Positions 10,085-20,735 of a stretch of 37,844 bases of DNA are shown piece after piece. Under the pieces are notes generated by a model. It did not search any database. It worked only from the letters and a program-made list of their open reading frames with translations, and was not told where the DNA came from. Source of the DNA: Octopus bimaculoides (Eukaryota); assembly GCF_001194135.2 (NCBI RefSeq), contig NC_068981.1:3710961-3748804 (forward strand), read 5' to 3'. The first letter of the stretch is position 1, and the number at the start of each line of letters is the position of its first letter. The position numbers and the translations under genes are program-made.

Positions 10085-11223
10085 NNNNNNNNNNNNNNNN
10101 NNNNNNNNNNNNNNNNNNNNNNNNNNNNNNNNNNNNNNNNNNNNNNNNNNNNNNNNNNNNNNNNNNNNNNNNNNNNNNNNNNNNNNNNNNNNNNNNNNNN
10201 NNNNNNNNNNNNNNNNNNNNNNNNNNNNNNNNNNNNNNNNNNNNNNNNNNNNNNNNNNNNNNNNNNNNNNNNNNNNNNNNNNNNNNNNNNNNNNNNNNNN
10301 NNNNNNNNNNNNNNNNNNNNNNNNNNNNNNNNNNNNNNNNNNNNNNNNNNNNNNNNNNNNNNNNNNNNNNNNNNNNNNNNNNNNNNNNNNNNNNNNNNNN
10401 NNNNNNNNNNNNNNNNNNNNNNNNNNNNNNNNNNNNNNNNNNNNNNNNNNNNNNNNNNNNNNNNNNNNNNNNNNNNNNNNNNNNNNNNNNNNNNNNNNNN
10501 NNNNNNNNNNNNNNNNNNNNNNNNNNNNNNNNNNNNNNNNNNNNNNNNNNNNNNNNNNNNNNNNNNNNNNNNNNNNNNNNNNNNNNNNNGTAATATACTT
10601 GCCTTTAGTTTGTTTATTTTTCCAGATCAGCTGAAATTTACTTCCTGACAGTCAGTTGTTGTCACTGTTCTGTGAGGACACTTGCTCTTTTAGTTTCCCA
10701 TTTTATTTCATTCAAAGATCTATTTTCTGCTTCAAGGTTTTTCCTATCGCTTTCCTGCAACCGCTCTGCATGCTTTGCTTTGACTTCATGAAAAGATTTG
10801 GTCTCTCCTATAAAGTTTTGACGAACATTTTGCAATTCCGACTCAACATTTCTTTTATCTTACAGATCTCTTTCCGTATTGACTTCTCTTTCAGAACATT
10901 CTATTTCTTTATGCTGCACTGGCACCATCCTCTGTTGCTCAGTTGGGTGTCAATATGGTGCTTCACACTATTGTGCAGCAGTAGTTTCGATTCCGGTGAG
11001 ATCCCTGTCATCTGTAATGCTTTTGTTTCACCGCCAGCAATAGTCCGCTTTATCACCTTGACAGGGACTAATCTTTCTTTTACCGAAAGTTTCATGGAGA
11101 AGTCCAGTTGACACCCCATAGAGGTCATGTAGTCCAGACCTAAGAGACAAGGATACTCCATCTCCGGCACATGGCCTGGAAGCATGACCTTTAGTTCTGC
11201 AACCTCAATCAAGACATCAACCA

Positions 11224-11298
11224 CGGGCATATGGTGTAGTGGTTAAGAGCGTAGGCTACTAACCCCAAGATTCCAAGTTCGATTCCAGGCAGTGATCT

Positions 11299-11338
<40 letters not shown>

Positions 11339-11500
11339 TAATAATAAATAACATTGAAAAATACTTTAGGAATGAGAACCCAGGTTTGAAATTTCTCCAA
11401 GACACCTGATGAAGGCTGGAGAGTATATCAGCCGAAACTTTTTTTAACAACAAACAAAATGAGGACAAATATCCGTCAAATGTAAATAATGTAAATAATG
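11224..11500 (+). mobile_element. tRNA-headed SINE-like element carrying a hammerhead motif, with a 9-bp TSD
   Basis: TSD catcaacca at 11215-11223 and 11501-11509. A box TGGTGTAGTGG (11232-11242), B box AGTTCGATTCC (11276-11286), internal (AAT)n, and GACAC CTGATGA A GGCTG-10nt-CAGCC GAAAC (11401-11438; sequence 3' of GAAAC is degenerate). Removing it restores the Gypsy protease frame ELRGLVD-VLIEV. Confidence 0.85.
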
Positions 11501-11929
11501 CATCAACCAGTCCTCTCAGTTCAGTGCAGTGCCCAGTAACACCACACAACTGCTGTGATGACTCTGGTAGATCTCGATGCTGTAACATCTTGAGTCTCAC
11601 AAAAGTCTGCCCCACAACCCAATCAATGACAAGGTAACACTTCTGGCCATCAATTTTATCCTCCACTTGTTTGCTGTGAATTCCAGTCCTTTTACATCTT
11701 TTTGGGGTTGGGGCTTCTTTGGAATATTCAGCCGGCAGTTGCTCCTTAACACCAACCTCTTCTAGTTTTCTGACTCTCCTTTGTCTTCCATTACCTTCTT
11801 ACTATCTTTCTTTCATGTAGGTCAGTCAAAACTGAGATGTCCCTTTTCACCACATGTTCTTACACTCTCTTCTAAGTGTGGACTTTTTCCTCCCATCCTG
11901 CCTTTGCTCTCTCTTCAGGCTGTAACAAT

Positions 11930-12039
11930 CTGGCATCTTGTGTCCTGGCATCTTGTGTCCTGGCATCTTGTGTCCTGGCATCTTGTGTCCTGGCATCTTG
12001 TGTCCTGGCATCTTGTGTCCTGGCATCTTGTGTCCTGGC
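11930..12039. repeat. 15-bp tandem repeat x7 inside the Gypsy gag zinc knuckle
   Basis: Seven identical copies of ctggcatcttgtgtc plus ctggc. On the minus strand this encodes (PGHKM)7. Confidence 0.95.
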
Positions 12040-13371
12040 CTCTCACAGTGCCAACAATCTATTGCAACCATCTCTTGTTCTTTCTTCTTCAAACAGCTTT
12101 CTCTTTTATGTTCAACCTTCTTGCTGTGCCAACAACTTCCATTAAATCTTCCTGCTTCATGTACTTTCCCCTTCTTTGCTTTGAATCTGGAACTGAAGTC
12201 CACCTGAAATCTTCCCACATGACTCAAATTTCAGAGCTCTAGCCAATACCTCTTGCATAGTATTCACCTGTGCTTGTTTCACCTGAACTTTAAGCTCTGC
12301 CCTGCCCAAAGCATAAATAATCTGCTCTTTCAGAAGAACCAAAAGTTCCTGGACAGGCTGTTGTAGTGATTCTCCTCTGGCCCTTATGTGGGTCTGAAAT
12401 CGTACCCTGTACACTTCACTCAGGCACATGGTGCCATATCTTCTCTCTAATACTTCAACCAGTAAACAACAACAGCTTCTGTCCTCCACAGACAACTGGC
12501 TCAGTACCTTTCGTGCAGTGCCCTTTAGACTAGCAGCAAGCTGAACTGCTCTTTGCCCATCATCCCATCCATTCTGGTCAGCCAATAGTTCAAACTGGAC
12601 ATGGTGGGCCTCTTATGCCACTTCGTTATCAAATTCTTGTGGCTGCTTCTTAATGGGGACTCTACTGCAGCCTTGCACATTTTTTGCACCAAATGTTTAC
12701 CTGCTTAGAGCTGCATAATTTGTTTTCAGTCTAATATCTTTTTCATGAGGTCTTCACCAAAACATTCTACTCTTTGAGTTGTTTTAAATAGTCATATTGC
12801 AGACCAGAAACATGACAACTCAGAAATATGGAAACCTAAAAACATAGACACACAGACGAAACATGTAGAGTTACAGTCAAACGAACACACAGACACACAA
12901 ATGCACGAACACACTGACTTAGAGAGGAAAATACAAGAACACACAAAACAGCAGGAAAATAGAAACAAAAAGAGACAACATAAAAACACAAACAAAAAGA
13001 AAATTATAGTGAGATAGGATACCCCAATATAAAGGAGTGTAAGTGTTAAAGACATTGTGAGAGAGAGAAGAGGTAATTCAATACAATTTGGTAAAGACTG
13101 TAACTCAGAAAATATTTATTTGAACTTTTAAGAAAAAAGGAAAAAGGAAAAACAAGTCATTTTGCAAGTCGAATGAATAGGTTTCCAAAATGTTTTTTAG
13201 AAAATAATGTGATATACATTTGGTTGACTTTTGTTATTGAAGAAAAAAAAGTGGGGAGGAAGATAAGAAGGAAATTGTTTGAACATTTGTTTAAAAGGTG
13301 TAATCATAGGGCAAAAGCAAAAAGGGAAGTTGCGGTTTTGCCTTGGAGCGAGGCTAGAGGTTGTGTTAATG

Positions 13372-13485
13372 GTAGTGGCCATGTGGTGGAGATGGTGTAT
13401 CCTTGTCTCTTAGGTCTGGACTTCATGACGTCTATGGGGTGTCAACTGGACTTCTCCATGAAAATTTCGGTAAAAGGAAGTTAAT
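13372..13485 (+). mobile_element. Second Gypsy protease fragment in opposite orientation
   Basis: GHVVEMVYPCLLGLDFMTSMGCQLDFSMKISVKG, near-identical to the reverse complement of ~11075-11140. Confidence 0.8.
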
Positions 13486-13664
13486 GGTAAAGGAATACAT
13501 GGTTTCATCTCACAGCGGGAGCAAGATGGCCGGCTCATTTGCATTGTAAATACATTCATTTCACATTCATCCTTCATATGTTTTATGTTCCCACATGTCT
13601 TTGCATGTCCCCTCTGTAATTAGGCCTTGTGCCAGTAATAAAGAATTTTCATCACTAGCTAGTG

Positions 13665-13871
13665 ATTAACAAACACTGAGGATGGGTGACCACCCAGAAG
13701 CTCGAGTCTATGTGTATCACGTAAGGCTCTAGAGATGCGAGCAATGACCTCCCCCCACAAATACTAATCAGACACAGAATGTGTGTCTTTAGCCAGCTGG
13801 AAGAGATGTCTTCCTTGTGCTATAAACACCACTAGCACTGTCCTGCATAGGACGCCACACTTGGTTGGCAA
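13665..13871 (+). mobile_element. Degenerate hammerhead plus multi-hairpin element (same family as 25411-25655)
   Basis: CTGAGGA TGGGT gacc ACCCA GAAG CTCGAG TC at 13676-13708 (GAAA changed to GAAG; helix I poor). Hairpins GACACA/TGTGTC, GGAAGA/TCTTCC, GTCCT/AGGAC and GCCA/TGGC follow. Confidence 0.65.
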
Positions 13872-13880
13872 TTATATGTT

Positions 13881-13914
<34 letters not shown>

Positions 13915-14779
13915 NNNNNNNNNNNNNNNNNNNNNNNNNNNNNNNNNNNNNNNNNNNNNNNNNNNNNNNNNNNNNNNNNNNNNNNNNNNNNNNNNNNNNN
14001 NNNNNNNNNNNNNNNNNNNNGCATCCTTATTTTCCCAACCATTATCTACATGAATTACCATTGAACTTTAAAAGCTCAAAGACAATATAATGTATTAGCA
14101 TATTTATCTTTTTATATATTAATTTTTTTTATATATTATTTTTTTCATTTTTTACTTTTTTGTAAAAAACATTTTCATTCTCCCTCTTCTTGAAAATTTG
14201 CCATGCAATGAAAGCCGGTTAAAAATCTTTATTAAAATATGCTTCCAGTTTAGCATTCTGCCTTATTATTATTTTTCATTTTCCTATTATTTCTCCACGT
14301 GCGGTTAACACAACCCCACTATTTACTGACTTATATATACATATATATATATATATATCCTTTAAGTGCGTTTACAGGAAATGTTTTTGAATATGTATAT
14401 AAAAGCTGCTATTCTAATATGCCAGCTACAGCCTGATGATGCCAACTGGCAACACCAGTGTTTTGGAGTTGCACAAAGCTTTGCCAATATAATGTAGGAT
14501 AAATATGGTAATAACAACAAGAATCTTTGGATGGAATTTATAAATATTTTAATACGCGACTATGTGCGGTTCCACAAATCACATATTTCTTAAGATCATG
14601 GTCTAGATGCATGAAAATGATTCATCCAATAGCCATAGATACTACAGGCTGTAATGTAATCATCCCAGGAATACGAACTATGATCATAAGAGATATGTGA
14701 ATCGTGGAAACACGTGTAGTGATGCAGTAAAATATTTATTAATTCCCTCCAAAGATTATTATTGTTATTACTATGTATA

Positions 14780-14830
14780 CATCATCATCATCATCATCAT
14801 CGTTGTTTAATGTCCGCTTTCCATGCTTTC
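14780..14830 (-). mobile_element. Extreme 3' tip of a family A repeat
   Basis: catcatcatcatcgttgtttaatgtccgctttccatgc. Confidence 0.6.
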
Positions 14831-14889
14831 CAACTTCATAGTTTCTCTTGCAGTATGAGCAGTTGCCCCACCTTGCTGGAACCATCTGT

Positions 14890-15285
14890 GAGATCTACTT
14901 TGAATGGTCTTCACGTTTCCTAGACTTGACTAGCCTGGATTTTTTCCTTGTGGGGATACCTGAAAGAAATGATTTACGTCAACAAACTGGAGACCCTGGT
15001 GCAACTGAAGGAGAACATCAATAGAGAAATCAGAGAAGTGGGGTCTGAAACTCTTAAGGATGTTATGGTGCAAGTTCTGGAAAGAGCACAGACATGCAAA
15101 GTGGAAAATGTCTGCCATTTAAGCAATGTCATTTTTCATATGTGATGTAGTGGTGTTGCAAAATTTGACTTGTGCATATTAATTTCCATTATGTCTTTTA
15201 TATTGTACCAAAATTTCATGCATTTATTTGTAAAATTAAGGAAGTTATTAAAAATTGAAACCCATCAGTGACTTTTGGGACATAC
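14890..15285 (+). mobile_element. Tc1/mariner-superfamily transposase C-terminal remnant
   Basis: W.SRFLDLTSLDF(fs)LWGYLKEMIYVNKLETLVQLKENINREI...VLERAQTCKVENVCHL resembles the WPxRSPDLTPLDFFLWGYLK motif. Confidence 0.75.
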
Positions 15286-16136
15286 AAATCCACATGTACA
15301 GTGAGAGAAAGATGATGGGGGAGAGAAAATGGGGAGACAGAATGTAATGACACTGATGATANNNNNNNNNNNNNNNNNNNNNNNNNNNNNNNNNNNNNNN
15401 NNNNNNNNNNNNNNNNNNNNNNNNNNNNNNNNNNNNNNNNNNNNNNNNNNNNNNNNNNNNNNNNNNNNNNNNNNNNNNNNNNNNNNNNNNNNNNNNNNNN
15501 NNNNNNNNNNNNNNNNNNNNNNNNNNNNNNNNNNNNNNNNNNNNNNNNNNNNNNNNNNNNNNNNNNNNNNNNNNNNNNNNNNNNNNNNNNNNNNNNNNNN
15601 NNNNNNNNNNNNNNNNNNNNNNNNNNNNNNNNNNNNNNNNNNNNNNNNNNNNNNNNNNNNNNNNNNNNNNNNNNNNNNNNNNNNNNNNNNNNNNNNNNNN
15701 NNNNNNNNNNNNNNNNNNNNNNNNNNNNNNNNNNNNNNNNNNNNNNNNNNNNNNNNNNNNNNNNNNNNNNNNNNNNNNNNNNNNNNNNNNNNNNNNNNNN
15801 NNNNNNNNNNNNNNNNNNNNNNNNNNNNNNNNNNNNNNNNNNNNNNNNNNNNNNNNNNNNNNNNNNNNNNNNNNNNNNNNNNNNNNNNNNNNNNNNNNTC
15901 AGATATACACACATGACCATTACTATATATCATAAAGGCAGGTAACATTGGCCAACACACATATATTTATACTTACAGAGACTTATACACAATAATCATG
16001 ACTATACATTATAAACACAGGACTCTTTGCTTCTTATACATACATGCATATATACACAAATATACATAATAACTATTGTTATATATCATAAAGAGAACAA
16101 ACTTTGGCCCAGTACACTGACATACTTATTATAGTA

Positions 16137-16375
16137 AAGACTGTTTGCCAATATAATATGGCAGTCCTGGTTTAGGATTAATGTTGCTGTAATTTAACCC
16201 CAGGAGACATCGTCTCCAGCTGGCTATACGACACAATCTGTGTCCTTATATTTTCAAACAAGGGAATATAAGGACACAGATCGTGTCGTATAGCCAGACG
16301 ATGTCTCCTGGGGCTAAATTACAGCAACATTCGTCCTAAACCAGGACTGCCACATTATGTTGGCAAAAAATCTTT
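16137..16375. repeat. Long near-perfect palindrome: ~110-bp arms, 12-nt spacer
   Basis: 16137-16252 is the reverse complement of 16265-16375 apart from a few substitutions and a 6-nt deletion. The spacer is ttcaaacaaggg. Each arm equals the 3' hairpin module of the hammerhead elements at 13665 and 25411. Confidence 0.9.
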
Positions 16376-16653
16376 ACTCCAAAGTACTGTTGTTGAATAT
16401 CTCTCGTTGTAAGATTTAGAAATAGTAATTTTCTGATGCTTATTATATACACAGCTATTTACATAAAACGCTGCTATATATTTATAAAGACAGGTAACTT
16501 TGGTCACTGCTCACACCTGCTTCTGTAAACTGATGTCTACTTTATAGTTTCAAATCCAGGTACAAACTCAGTAATTTTGAGATGGTAGTGGTGGTGGTGG
16601 TGGTGGTGGTAAGGGGCAGGAGTAATTAGTAAATTACATCAACCCCAGTACTT

Positions 16654-16975
16654 AATCATCATCGTTTAACATCTACTTACCATGCTGGCATGGATTGGAC
16701 GATTTGACTGAGGACTGGCAAACCAGAAGGCTGTACCAGACTCCAATCTGATCTGGCAAGGTTTCTACAGCTGGATGCCCTTCCTAACGCCAACCACTTC
16801 TAGAGTGTAGTGGGTGCTTTTTACGCACCACCGGCATGACGGCCAGTCAGGCAATACTAGCATCAACCACGCTTGAATGGTGCTTTTTACGTGCCACCAG
16901 CACGGGAGCCAGTCAGGCAGCACTGGCAATGACCATGCTCGAATGGTGCATTTCATGTGCCAGTCAGGCAGTATT
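16654..16975 (-). mobile_element. Family A repeat with internal tandem subrepeats
   Basis: catcatcgtttaac...ctggatgcccttcctaacgccaaccact...gccagtcaggc..tggcaatgaccatgctcgaatggtgc. Confidence 0.8.
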
Positions 16976-17050
16976 TAACTGGTACTTTATTTTATCAACC
17001 CTAAAAGGATGGAAAACAAAGTTGACCTTAGTGGGATTTGAACTCAGACC
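16976..17050 (-). mobile_element. Family C SINE fragment
   Basis: tggtactttattttatcaaccctaaaaggatggaaaacaaagttgacc..ggatttgaactcaga is the reverse complement of the family C body. Confidence 0.65.
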
Positions 17051-17609
17051 ATAAAATACCATAAATAATGCTGCAGAGCCTTGTGTCCAACACACAATTC
17101 TACCAGCTGGCCACCTTCCAGAGTTACATACATAATAACCATAATGATATATATTATAAAGACAAGTAATGTTGGCCATTACACACACTTCCATACACAC
17201 ATTATATAGACAACAACCATTATCATATAGTGTAAAGAAGGACCAAGCAGCACACACACACACACACACACACACCCGCACACACATACACACACAAAAT
17301 AAGTACAGCAATATATTACAGCAATAAGTAACTTAAACCTGGTATACACTACACAAACACACACATGTGAATATATATGTATATAAACCATTGCTATATA
17401 TTATAGAGACAAGTAACTTTGACCGTTGGGAAACAATCGATTTTATTTTCAAGACCAGAGATATTTCTAGTGCATTTCTGGAACATAGACTAATGATTGC
17501 TGATATCAAAGAGCCAGATGGCTGCAATTGTGAATGTTGAGTGACATTTCTACTTGAAAGCTTTTCAAGTTTCAATGTTACAATCCATTACTGAACTCCA
17601 CAACCTCAA

Positions 17610-18150
17610 CATGAACAGCACAGAATTAAAACCACGAACCTCCCTATAAATCTTCGCCATCACTGATCTCTCTTGACAAATGCGTATCCAATCCTCAACA
17701 GACCAAATACTGCACCACAAACACTGACCTTCTGCTTCAGAGCCAGAAAATACTCCAGACCCTAACAACTATGACCCTTTGCAAACCTTAGGTCTACCCT
17801 TCAATAGAGAACTGTTTCCATGGTACTCTCAGATGATGCTGCAGCTACACAAAGAAGTATACTTGACTGCATCCAAAGAAAGGCCACTCAACTGATTACC
17901 ATTTACAAACACACGGCAATCTCTAACCTATATATATTCTATGCCCTCTCTCTGCTCTTTCTACCACTACTACAGTGGCCTCTGCTTCTCCAAACTAGCT
18001 GGTCTCATGCCACTTCCGCCCAGCTACACTCAACTAACCTTACTCCATTCTCCCTCAGTTACTATGGTTTCAGCTTCTTTTCCAGAATGTCTGCCTTCTG
18101 AAATTCTTTCCCAGCTCATATCTTTCTTGTAAGCATTGACTCGCAGTGAT
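17610..18150 (+). mobile_element. Old APE-type LINE (I/Jockey/CR1-L2 group), 3' end of ORF2
   Basis: Degenerate ARKY..P.QL, ILDCIQRKATQLI, FYHYYSGLCFSKLAGLMP and SFFSRMSAF*NSFP. The last resembles the SFFPRT..LWNSLP terminal motif. Many stops. Confidence 0.65.
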
Positions 18151-18261
18151 ATAACAAGAATATTACATAACAGGCTATACTTTGATTTAAAATATATTTC
18201 ATAATTCGTAATTCTTTGATTTTAAGAATAACTTCCAAAACTCTCTCTCTCTTTCTTTCTC

Positions 18262-18299
<38 letters not shown>

Positions 18300-18699
18300 T
18301 CTTTCTACCACACTAGTGTCTTCTTCTGACATTTCCTCAGGTGAAGCTGACCATTGCCTGTCCGTGATGCACCCACCCATTCCTGCCCCCACCGTCTACA
18401 CCAGAAATCTCTTCTCTTAAACCGGAAACCCCTACATGGCTCTGCCTCGCTTCTGTACCAGAAGACATGTGGACCTCCCTTCCTCCTACCACCACCAGCC
18501 CCAGAAGCAATCAGTCATACTACTGCATGCACCAAAAGAAGACATGTTACTTTGTAAATTAACAAACCACTGACCCCTTTCTCTCTATATGTAATGGACT
18601 GACCAATAATGGACTGGCATCGACGACATTCAGATGGTGCTTTTTATGTGCCACCAGCACGGGGACCACAACTGCAATTTCCATTTGATTGTGATTTTA

Positions 18700-18880
18700 T
18701 TTTTATTTTTATTTTGATATACTTGACTCAATAGGTCTCCTCAAGCACAGCATGTCGCCCTACGATCCAAGGGTACTTTTTGAGTGTGTTGGTTATGCGA
18801 CACTGGTGTAGGTTACAGCTGTGATCTCACTTTATTTGCCGGGTCTTCTCAGTCACAGCATATCTCCAGAGGTCTCTGTC
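18700..18880 (-). mobile_element. RTE LINE 3' terminal fragment
   Basis: The reverse complement reads DRDLWRYAVTEKTRQIK* followed by 3' UTR sequence. Confidence 0.7.
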
Positions 18881-19049
18881 TTTTATATTTATGTTTACAG
18901 CAATAACATTTACATTTACAATGCTTACGTTACACTCACTCCCAATAGGAGCAACAATTTTAACATGTTTGAATGATGGTAGGTTAAAGTGAGAACAGCT
19001 GATGTGACATGCCTGTTATCAAACAGCCATTGAAACCTTTTTCTCAGGT

Positions 19050-20460
19050 GTTGAATACCATCTCTCCTTCCCATGTTCCTTTCCCAGTTTTCAGAGTTGG
19101 AACTGTCAATGTAGGCACATTGAAAGGCAGGTCTAGTGAGATTGTTGAGATACTTGAACAGAGGTGTGTTGATGTATGTTGCATTCAAGAGGTAAGGTGG
19201 AGAGGAACTTCAGCCAGGTTCCTCGCTGGCAAAACACATAGGTATAAAATCTTCTGGGAAAGTAACAGCAACGGGATAGGTACTGTAGGCACACTCCTTG
19301 CAGAGAAATGGGTGAATGAGGTCATAGAGGTAGTCAGTGTGTGCAATAGAGTACTTAAGGTCAGGCTAATCTTGCAGAATAATATAGTGACAATTATCTC
19401 TCTCTATGCGTCACACAAGCAGGCCTACCAAATGAACAAAATGGCCGTTTTTATGATATTCTTCTGCAGGCTACCTCAAAGATGAGTGACAATGATCTCA
19501 TCTTCATGGCTGGGGATTTCAACAGGCATGTCAGGCAGCAGCACGGTATCTTCCATGGCATNNNNNNNNNNNNNNNNNNNNNNNNNNNNNNNNNNNNNNN
19601 TGGGTGGGGGGGCATGGAATTGGTTCCTAAAACAAAGAGGAGACAAGGCTACTGGAGTTCTGTGATGCCAATAACCTATTGATCTGCAACACCAACTTCA
19701 GGAAGCCAGCCAGCCACCTGATAATCTACCAATCAGGTGATTAGGCTAGCCAGATCGATTACATTCTCACCAGACAGCAGGATGCATGGTTGCTCCTAAA
19801 TACAAAGACCTTACCTGGTGAAGAATATACCCCACCAGCATAGACTAGTCATTAGTGACTTTAGACTCCAGGCCAGAAGGATACCAAGAAGCAGATAAAT
19901 CTGGAAAAAAAGGGTTTGGAAGCTTAAGGACTCTTCATATGGTCAGAGATTTAGGGACTTCCTAATTGAGAAATCTGATGAGTGGGAGGAGCTACAGACT
20001 TGTGACACAGAGGGTAACTGGGACTTCCTGTGGGACAGCTTCCTGAGTGCCACAGACCAAATCTGCAGTTGGTGCAAGTCCCATCCAGACCTAGGAACGA
20101 TGCTGTAGACAAGGCCATTAGAGCAAAGAAACAGGCCTTTCAAACATTGGGCTTCACAGAGACAATGACGAATGACCGAGACCTTTGGCATTATGTTGTG
20201 CTTGAGATGAAGACCCATGAAGCCAAGAAAAATCACAGTTGTGACAGATACTGGTGTCACGCAAATGTGACACCATGTCAGTGGCACATAAAAGAACCTA
20301 TCTCTCAGAGTGTTTGGTGTTAGGAAGGGCATCCAGCTGTAGAAAACCATGCCAAATCAGACTGGAGTCTAGTGCAGCCTTCCAGCTTGTCAGCCCTTGT
20401 GAAACTGTCCAACCCATGCCAGCATGGACAATGGACGTTAAAGGATGATGATGATGATTA
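19050..20460 (+). mobile_element. Internally deleted RTE LINE: APE endonuclease joined to the ORF C-terminus and the family A 3' tail
   Basis: RVGTVNVGTLKGRSSEIVEILEQRCVDVCCIQEVRWRG, AGDFNRHV, ICNTNFRK, QIDYIL and QHRLVISDF are APE motifs. At ~20135 it jumps to TLGFTETMTNDRDLW, then the family A tail and (GAT)n. Confidence 0.85.
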
Positions 20461-20521
20461 ATCATACCTATATGACACAACTCACAGAAGCCTTATGAAG
20501 GCGATGAGTACAGCCCCTTTT

Positions 20522-20735
20522 CCACCCTGACCAAACCTGCAAATTTTCTTACATAGCTCCCTCTTCCAGACCAAACCTGCAAAGACCACGGCCACATCCC
20601 CTTCTCCCAAACAAGCCCTATGAAGGCCAAAGACACAACACTAAGACCAAACCTATGAAGTCCACAGAGACAGTGCCCTACTCCAGACCCAAGATGTGAA
20701 GGCCATAAGCACAGTCCCTTTCCAAACCAAACCAA
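20522..20735. repeat. Degenerate ~40-bp minisatellite, about 5-6 units
   Basis: Recurring ccagaccaaacct(g/a)(c/t)(a/g)aa(a/g)g(a/g)cca...acag.ccc.t units at roughly 40-bp spacing. Confidence 0.6.

Larger units (their letters stand above)
10900..12700 (-). mobile_element. Decayed Gypsy LTR-retrotransposon gag-protease region
   Basis: Gag-like EFDNEVA*EAHHVQFELLADQNGWDDGQRAVQLAASLKGTARKVL..LERRYG, a zinc knuckle CWHCERPGH..DC, and a protease C-terminus VDVLIEVAELKV...YPCLLGLDYM followed by HHIDT. Stops, frameshifts and a SINE insertion are present. Confidence 0.8.

Noticed and set aside
11224-11295. Genuine tRNA gene
   Set aside because: There is no acceptor-stem pairing, the tRNA-like part runs into (AAT)n and is TSD-bounded, and it recurs at 33175. 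It is a SINE head.
11930-12039. Regular repeats (here, 3202-3282, 20522-20735) as CRISPR arrays
   Set aside because: They are direct tandem units without unique spacers, in eukaryotic context with no cas genes.
13676-13700. 5S rRNA-like ggatgggtgaccac suggesting a SINE3 head
   Set aside because: The match is short, the upstream 5S A-box region is absent, and the sequence is better explained as hammerhead core plus helix II.
16706-16740. CTGAGGA plus CTGG/CCAG hairpin in family A repeats as a hammerhead
   Set aside because: It is followed by AAGG/GAAG with no convincing helix III or helix I, and it lies antisense to the RTE tail.
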